A program made the position numbers and the translations under genes. Of a stretch of DNA of 64,000 nt, positions 57,501 through 64,000 are shown in pieces. The DNA lies in assembly GCA_964035545.1 (NCBI GenBank), contig OZ037769.1, forward strand, positions 1,984,001-2,048,000. Direction: 5' to 3'. The DNA comes from Bugula neritina (Eukaryota > Animalia > Bryozoa). Below the pieces are notes generated by a model. That model saw only the letters and a list, made by a program, of their open reading frames with translations, was not told where the DNA came from and ran no database searches. The first letter of the stretch is position 1. Each line of letters opens with the position of its first letter.

Positions 57501-60145
57501 ACGCCACTGTTGTATAGTCCCAGTTCAACTTGACTGCTAACTCAGCTATTGCCTATAGTAACATGTATGGAGTTTAATTTTGCAATATTTTATTCTTAAA
57601 AAATATTAAAAGATAGCTGTTATGTAAAATAATATCTACATGTCAAAGGCGCAATACCTTTAAAGCTTTCTTTATTGCTTCTCTATTTTGATTGACTATT
57701 ATATGTTTTACTTTTTACATTACAGCCTCTATGAATAATTTGTATAATATTTTAGTCAAAAATATAGGCAATTAAAAGTAGAATCTCACTTTGGCCCTCC
57801 ACTTCAAAAGAGGGCTGGTATAATATAGGTTGTCATCATAAATAGTTGAGTCTGAAAATTCTTCAAAGCTTATGTAGGGAATTCCAGTAGATCTCAGTAC
57901 TTGGTGAATAATCAGCAAGCCAACACTATCAATCACGCCTATTAAAAAATATCATACTTTTAAAGATTTGCAGATATAATAAATAAGATGCAGATCCAAA
58001 AAATGTTTATAATTTTGCTAAGGAATTTTAAATCAAGATCAAATGATAAAATAGTTCCTAGAGTGACATTTAGTTCAGCAAACTAACTGTTATTTCATAG
58101 ATTATTAATATGGCAGAGCTATAAGCCTAGCTATAACTGAGACATATAGAAATTCAGTCAATTAAGGGTATATCATGACAGAGCAAGGAATGCATCATTT
58201 TTGAAATCACCAGATAGTTGCATGAATTTAATATAGCCTATTACTTATCAACTTAGGTATATATTTATATAATTATATAATTATACCATAATCATAAATA
58301 TTTATATAAAGCATATAGGATATCCAGGCAATATTATACTAAAATCCCAGAGTTTTAAATTCTTTGGTCAAAAAGCTCTACAGTGTAAATAAATTTTTTA
58401 GAAGAATGTTATAATTACCTAAGGCTTGAAATACATTAAGAAACTAAATGTAAGGCAATATCACATTTCTCTTAGCTACTTTCAGATCAACAAACCAATG
58501 AGTGTGCTGTTAGCATAGGACACTGTGCTTTTAACTCCTTCACATGTTTCTCTTAGCAAAACTTGATTAGAGATCTCTGCATTCACTTTAATTGCAGAAT
58601 TGGAGTCACTCCTACAGACTGAGAGGACCTGTACTCCTAACATGCAAAACCAAACAATGTAAATAAAATTCTACAGCATATAATAAAAAATTAATAAACT
58701 CAAAGTTGTTATACTATTGAATTAAAGTATGTTTAATTATTTCTAAAAGAGCATATCAATTCAATCACAAAGGGACACTTCACACATATTTCATGTTAAT
58801 ATGATTTCAATAGAATTAATTCAAATTCAATTTGCAGTTCATAGGTGCAAATTTACTTCGACCATTATTACGGTCACACAAATTGTTCAAACTCTTTTGC
58901 CTTAAGCTTAACTAATTTATCTCTGTTCATGTATAAAGTAGCTTACTCCTAAATGGCTGGTAAATGCTTACAAGCAATGAAACATAAAGGATATCCAGTT
59001 AGCAAACACTAAACCCACTCACCAAAATTCAATGATTGTTTGCTGTTGATACTATTCAAGGTTTCCTTGACTTTCTGTACTTTGGCAGATGCCGGCCCAT
59101 TTTGATTGGCTAAACAGTCAGCGTCTTCTCCACTAATAAATATTATGTAGAAGTCTGAATCTAAAATAGTGGTGAGGTGTTCCAATACATGTATACAGAC
59201 ATTATTTGAAGCAATATCGTAAAGTAATTGCAAGTCAAATATATTTGTATTTTGAAAACAAATTCAATATTTAAAAAACAAAATTAGATTGAGTTTTCTA
59301 ACTCTCATGATTTTCCTTCAGATGTTTACAATTTTGAAAAAAGTGAGGTAACCTTCTGCTTGTTGTTATGCCAGTATTTTACTACCTCTAAATATTATAA
59401 TGTCTAGCTAACATAGGTGCAGCAAAACAAGCAGATGTTATTATAATGCTAAAATGGAGCATTTATTAAACGCCATTTATCTATTTTTCTAGGGAAATTT
59501 TCAGACAGATATGCATATGATGCATCCCAAAGGGAACCAGAAATTAAACAGTGCAACTTTTACTAAACATTATATTTTGGTAGATGACGCAGTTGGTTAG
59601 AATATCTCTATTTTAGGCACCAGCTTCTGAATATTATTATAAAATTAGAAATTAGTTGCCTCATAACTTTTGGATTTTTGCTTAAACACACTATATTTTT
59701 AATTTAATATATGCATGACGCCAGATTATATTTTACACGCTGTAATAAAATATATCCTATTATATTACAATTATTGTAGGCTACTCTACATATTATATTA
59801 CATTGTAACTTATTATAATGATGATATATTTTAATTTTCAGTAGCTACCAGTATGCTGTAGGGTGGCATTTTTAGTCTCAGCTTACATGCTTGCCCAAAA
59901 TGTTTACAAGCATGTGAATTTTAAAATTTCTGTTTGAATGTGCAAACTCAAGAATATTGATTTTAAAAAAAAACAAAAATATGTGATAAACATGACCAAA
60001 TCAACTTTTAATCTAATGAAAACATAAAATTAATTCTTTTAGTTTTACCATGAGAGGATGACTGCTTTAAGCATGTTTGAGTGCTGACGAGGTCGGCTAT
60101 GTATAATCCTACAACAGCAAGTACAATTTGAATGAGTCTTCTCAT
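51558..60145 (-). CDS. Paralog B: single-pass receptor with two tandem Venus flytrap domains
   Basis: Exons (approx.): 60145-60049 (signal peptide MRRLIQIVLAVVGLYIADLVSTQTC), 59161-59022, 58637-58497, 57938-57790, 57553-57318, 56575-56177, 55888-55711 (GDFIILVTMPIHD), 55519-55231, 55035-54802, 54530-54369, 54128-53957, 53788-53002 (TM IIVIASCLGIVILFLFTAVVWLII), 52708-52623, 52223-52155, 51808-51558. Ectodomain intron positions and phases match paralog A. Confidence 0.85.
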
Positions 60146-62202
60146 TTCTAAGTATGTCCCTGTATCTTGGTGGTTACTGAACTATAATATAAAAATTGTT
60201 ATTCACTTTTCTATATAAAAAGTTTCCTTATATTTGTTATACAGCTACTAGACACGAATCATTGCCTAAGTGACTTAGCTATTTTTGATGCATATTTATA
60301 GCCTATAAAGCCAATCAAGTTTTTAATACATTGGAGGAAAGTTGTAAGGTAAAGATCAAAATGCAAATTACAGTTTGGGCTCCAAAGAGCGGCTTTCATA
60401 TAAATCACACCTTAAAATAAAAATATGATTATGGTTTTTTTGTGGCTTGTTGCAGTAATACAAGTGACAAAGAATTTAGTGTTAGCAGAGTAACAATTAA
60501 ATTGGTATTTGGAGTTGCACTCCCAGCTCTAATTTAGTTATCGTTGTACAGTTTTAAAATATTCAACTCGGTTCAATTATTAAACCGCATAGGCCTATTA
60601 TATTATTTGGCTAAGGTAGAGTAGGATGGCCTAGCTCCAGCATAAAAACATTCAAGGCTTTATCAAATCGTTAAACATGTTATGGGAGATCAACAAGACT
60701 GTTAGGCTTCTCAAGATATAATTTCAAAGGATTTGTTTTTTGTGCAAGACATAATTTTTAAAACTTCCTTCTTGTTCTCTGGATCAAAGAATTAGCATAA
60801 CTTAATTTAATAAAATGCAACTTGTTGTGCAGAAGTTGTTCTTATTGATTAAGTATTTTGTGTTGTGATCTGTAGTGTTGAGTTTACCCAGTATATAGGG
60901 GGGCGGGATTTCATATGCTCATTTGTAGATGAAGCCTTATTTGCACATGCTGGCGATGTAACTCGATTATATTAAATGTCTTTTAGCTTTTTATACAACC
61001 TTTGTAATTTACTCGTTCTATTAAGTTTATACCTTAATGAGCTCTTGTACTATTAAGCTTTTACTGTAACTAAAATGGCATTGATAAAGCCAAACTATAA
61101 AATTAACTCAAAATTTCCAAGCCCAATTGTTGAATAGACAATAAAGCTACAAATTATTATAAGCACACTTGCTTAGCCCATTATGAGTGCTACCAATCTC
61201 AATTCTTTCAGTAGGAAGATGCAGAACTATGATTTAATTTTTTTAAAAGTTGTATTTACTTGAGAAAAAGATAAAAGCTTTAAAATTAGTTATAATATTT
61301 TCTCAGACGTATTATAGATTGATCAACTGCATGGGAGTTGCTTTTGCAAACCAACTGCACAGTTTCTGATATATGCAGTAATTTGCTACAACTACCGCGA
61401 TACAGATTTTTTTCAACTACATCAGTGTAATTGTTATCATACAGTGATACATAATGCTTTGAGATTTGTTACGATGATATCTTGATAGGGTAATCAATTT
61501 TGTTGGAGTTATATGCACAACGTAGCCTTTTTCAAATAGTAAATTGCTGTCCACAGACTCAAGCTTTTAATATTTTTAGAACAATTTCTTGATTGCGATA
61601 GTCAAACTGAATTGACTTGTTTATGGGCAATCTCTTTTCTGTTAATGATAAAACCTTGAAAGGTACAATATAGGTATTATTGAATTATGCAATTATTCAA
61701 TATTTTAGGTCTATAGAAGGTTTTATTATTTTATTGATATAAAATTTTTCTAGATCATTATGTAGTGGAGCACACAGTTTAAAATCTACAGCAAAACTCC
61801 TAAATAAATGTAGGTAAGTGAAAAAATATATCATTATAATAAATTTACCTAAAACGTGCCCACTATATTAAGCCTCAACAGCAAAGAAGTACATATTTAT
61901 TAGTAGGCAAACAACAAATGTGAATACTGTTATAAGCCATATTGTACATGTAATAGTATATAATATATAGTAGTATACATAATATATAGTATTATAATGT
62001 ATAATTTATGTTTCTGTCAGCTTGTTTTGCAGTTTGCAGAGTTATAGTCTTTGGGGTGTACTATACATTAACATGACAAATAAGTGCAGTAAAACTAAAC
62101 ATTGTATATTAAGCCTTAGATCCTATTAGACTTTTGTATGTCAAAAATAAAAGTCATAGAAACAAATAAAACAATGTCCATAGACATAATGAAGTTCTCT
62201 TC

Positions 62203-64000
62203 CTAATTTTCCTGATCCGATACATCAACTGGCAGTTGTTGCTTCTGATTTATTTGTGCATCTTTAGAGAGATGAGGAGTTATTGTCCTTGGTGCAGGGA
62301 CTGGCTGTGCTTCTTCTGAAGTACTAGGGGCTGAATTGTTTGGTATAATATAATATCCGGAATCTAGCAACTCTGAGTCACCATCTGTGTCAGCTGTGAC
62401 ATTTGCACTGGTAGTAGCTACTGTAGCTTGAGTGGGCGTTTTATTTATTCTTTCAGGTGCCTGGTCTGTGCGATGTAATGGGTTGGGTGGCAGAGGTTTT
62501 AAAGTAATTTCTATAAAGTAATGATTTGGTGCATTTAAAGTTTCAATTGATTAAAACAGAAATGAACACACATAAATACTTAGCAAATATAAAGAATGCT
62601 CATGTAAATAATTAATACAATTTAGCTGCATGTAAGCAAAAGATTTTGTGTAGGGCCACACCACGTTTGTTTTTAAACTACGTCATCCGATTTGGATATT
62701 AAAAAAGCGGAAATGCAAACTACATAAAACTGTTTTAATTCAGCTCGCTAGAAGTTAAAATGTAAATTAAAATAAAAAAATGTGCTCGCTAAATATTACA
62801 TGGTAATAAGCCAATTCGATCAAACTGTGTCGCACAAGTGCATATGTCGCACTTCTCACTCAGCATGTTAGACGCTTGAAAATCCTCACGCGACGTCCAA
62901 TTTTTGGACTAAATGGGATTTCTCGCGTCGTGTGGCCCTACATTTAATGAACAAAGCTCGAGATGATGAAATAAAGAGGTAATGAAAAATAGAGGGCCTA
63001 TTTCCTTACAAATGAGAAGTTTTTATGCTGCCATCACTGCCTACAAATTTTGGACTTAATGCAAATATCAAAGCCATATACAATTTGAGTTTTTCTTGCA
63101 AAATGCAACTCACCATCAACAGCCTGTCTGCCAGAATTTCCAGTTAGCCAATCATTACTCCTCTTTCCGTTGTAAGGCAATGAATAGGTAGCTTCATCTG
63201 TGAATTTGTTGAAAAAAACAAGTTTAAGCATTTTAAAAGGCTAATTTTTATGTGCACAATAACAATAGTGTATATTAATAGTGTATATTACATGTTCACA
63301 CTTGCTATAAATCTATATATTGCTGCGCATTTCTATGAAAATTTTATTGAAGTATAAAATATAGTAATATCAAATTTTATCAATTCAAAACGTGACTTTA
63401 GAAAACTAAAAATAGATTTACAGCAAGTTCTCAAGAACTTTTTGCAACTTAGTAAATTGAACATTCACTGTATTTGTTAGTATGTTAACTAAAAGAACTG
63501 CAACAGGCAACAAAGTCACTTACTAGGAAGATTGGATGAAGTTCCACTTGCAATGTAGACGTGACTTCCTTTATTGGACAAACCTTTAGACATTTTTTGT
63601 GACTGTCCTATTAAGAAGATACAACAAAAACATTTATTGTTTTCTCTAAAATATATTAATTGTAGACAAACATTTACTTTGCTCATCAGCAGATTTTGAT
63701 ATATTTCAAAAACATATATTACTTATATATTTCAGTCAACAGCTTTTGCTTTTCTTCACAAAATTATTAGTTTTATAAGAAAAATTTTGAAACCACCATC
63801 ATTAGGAAGTTCAACTTAGATTGAAAATGTTCTTGCTCTCATTCAATAACGAGGTGAAAGGTGCATATGCTTAATATATAAGTGACTTTCTATACCTTTG
63901 TTTTTGATGACAAGCAAAATGACTGCAATGACAAGAAGTAGGATGACTGTCCCTAAGCAAATCGCAATTGCAATGGTCTGTTGGTTAGCCTTTGTTGGTA
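62203..64000 (-). CDS. Paralog C (3' part only; gene continues beyond the window): TM exon and three cytoplasmic-tail exons, closest to paralog B
   Basis: TM exon >64000-63896 (TIAIAICLGTVILLLVIAVILLVIKNK), ~63607-63523 (GQSQKMSKGLSNKGSHV), ~63197-63113 (EATYSLPYN), 62510-62203 (..QPVPAPRTITPH..DQEN*). Exons, introns and 3' flank align with paralog B. Confidence 0.82.
62649..62942. mobile_element. MITE (~290 bp) in an intron of paralog C, absent at the equivalent site of paralog B
   Basis: TGTAGGGCCACACCACG ... CGTCGTGTGGCCCTACA; paralog B has the uninterrupted GTAAGCAAAATATTTAATTAACAGAGC at ~51921. Confidence 0.8.

Noticed and set aside
36410-64000. Annotation as ordinary metabotropic glutamate receptors or receptor guanylyl cyclases
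   Set aside because: Only one TM helix precedes hydrophilic tail exons and a stop; no 9-Cys domain, 7TM, kinase-homology or cyclase exons are visible between the genes.

Overview
AT-rich, intron-rich eukaryotic (invertebrate-like metazoan) genomic DNA; organism not identifiable from sequence alone. Gene models were spliced by hand, so exon edges may be off by a few nt. (1) A complete ~29-exon short-type MRP transporter (ABCC5/11/12-like) on + (2224-21365). (2) A convergent TRIM-like gene on - (21965-34936): RING-HC, an apparently duplicated B-box+coiled-coil cassette, a low-complexity linker and an NHL-like beta-propeller. (3) A head-to-tail array of at least three paralogous receptor genes on - (A 36410-50298, B 51558-60145, C 62203->64000). 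A and B encode a signal peptide, TWO tandem mGluR/class-C-GPCR-type Venus flytrap (VFT) domains each followed by a 3-Cys mini-module, ONE transmembrane helix, and a disordered tail with YxxP and PxPxPR motifs. No 7TM, kinase or cyclase domain is present. This single-pass double-flytrap receptor family is the most unusual thing in the window; it also shows local gene conversion, a displaced duplicate half-exon and a compensated frameshift. Introns carry several non-autonomous DNA transposons/MITEs, tRNA-derived repeats and two very long microsatellites.
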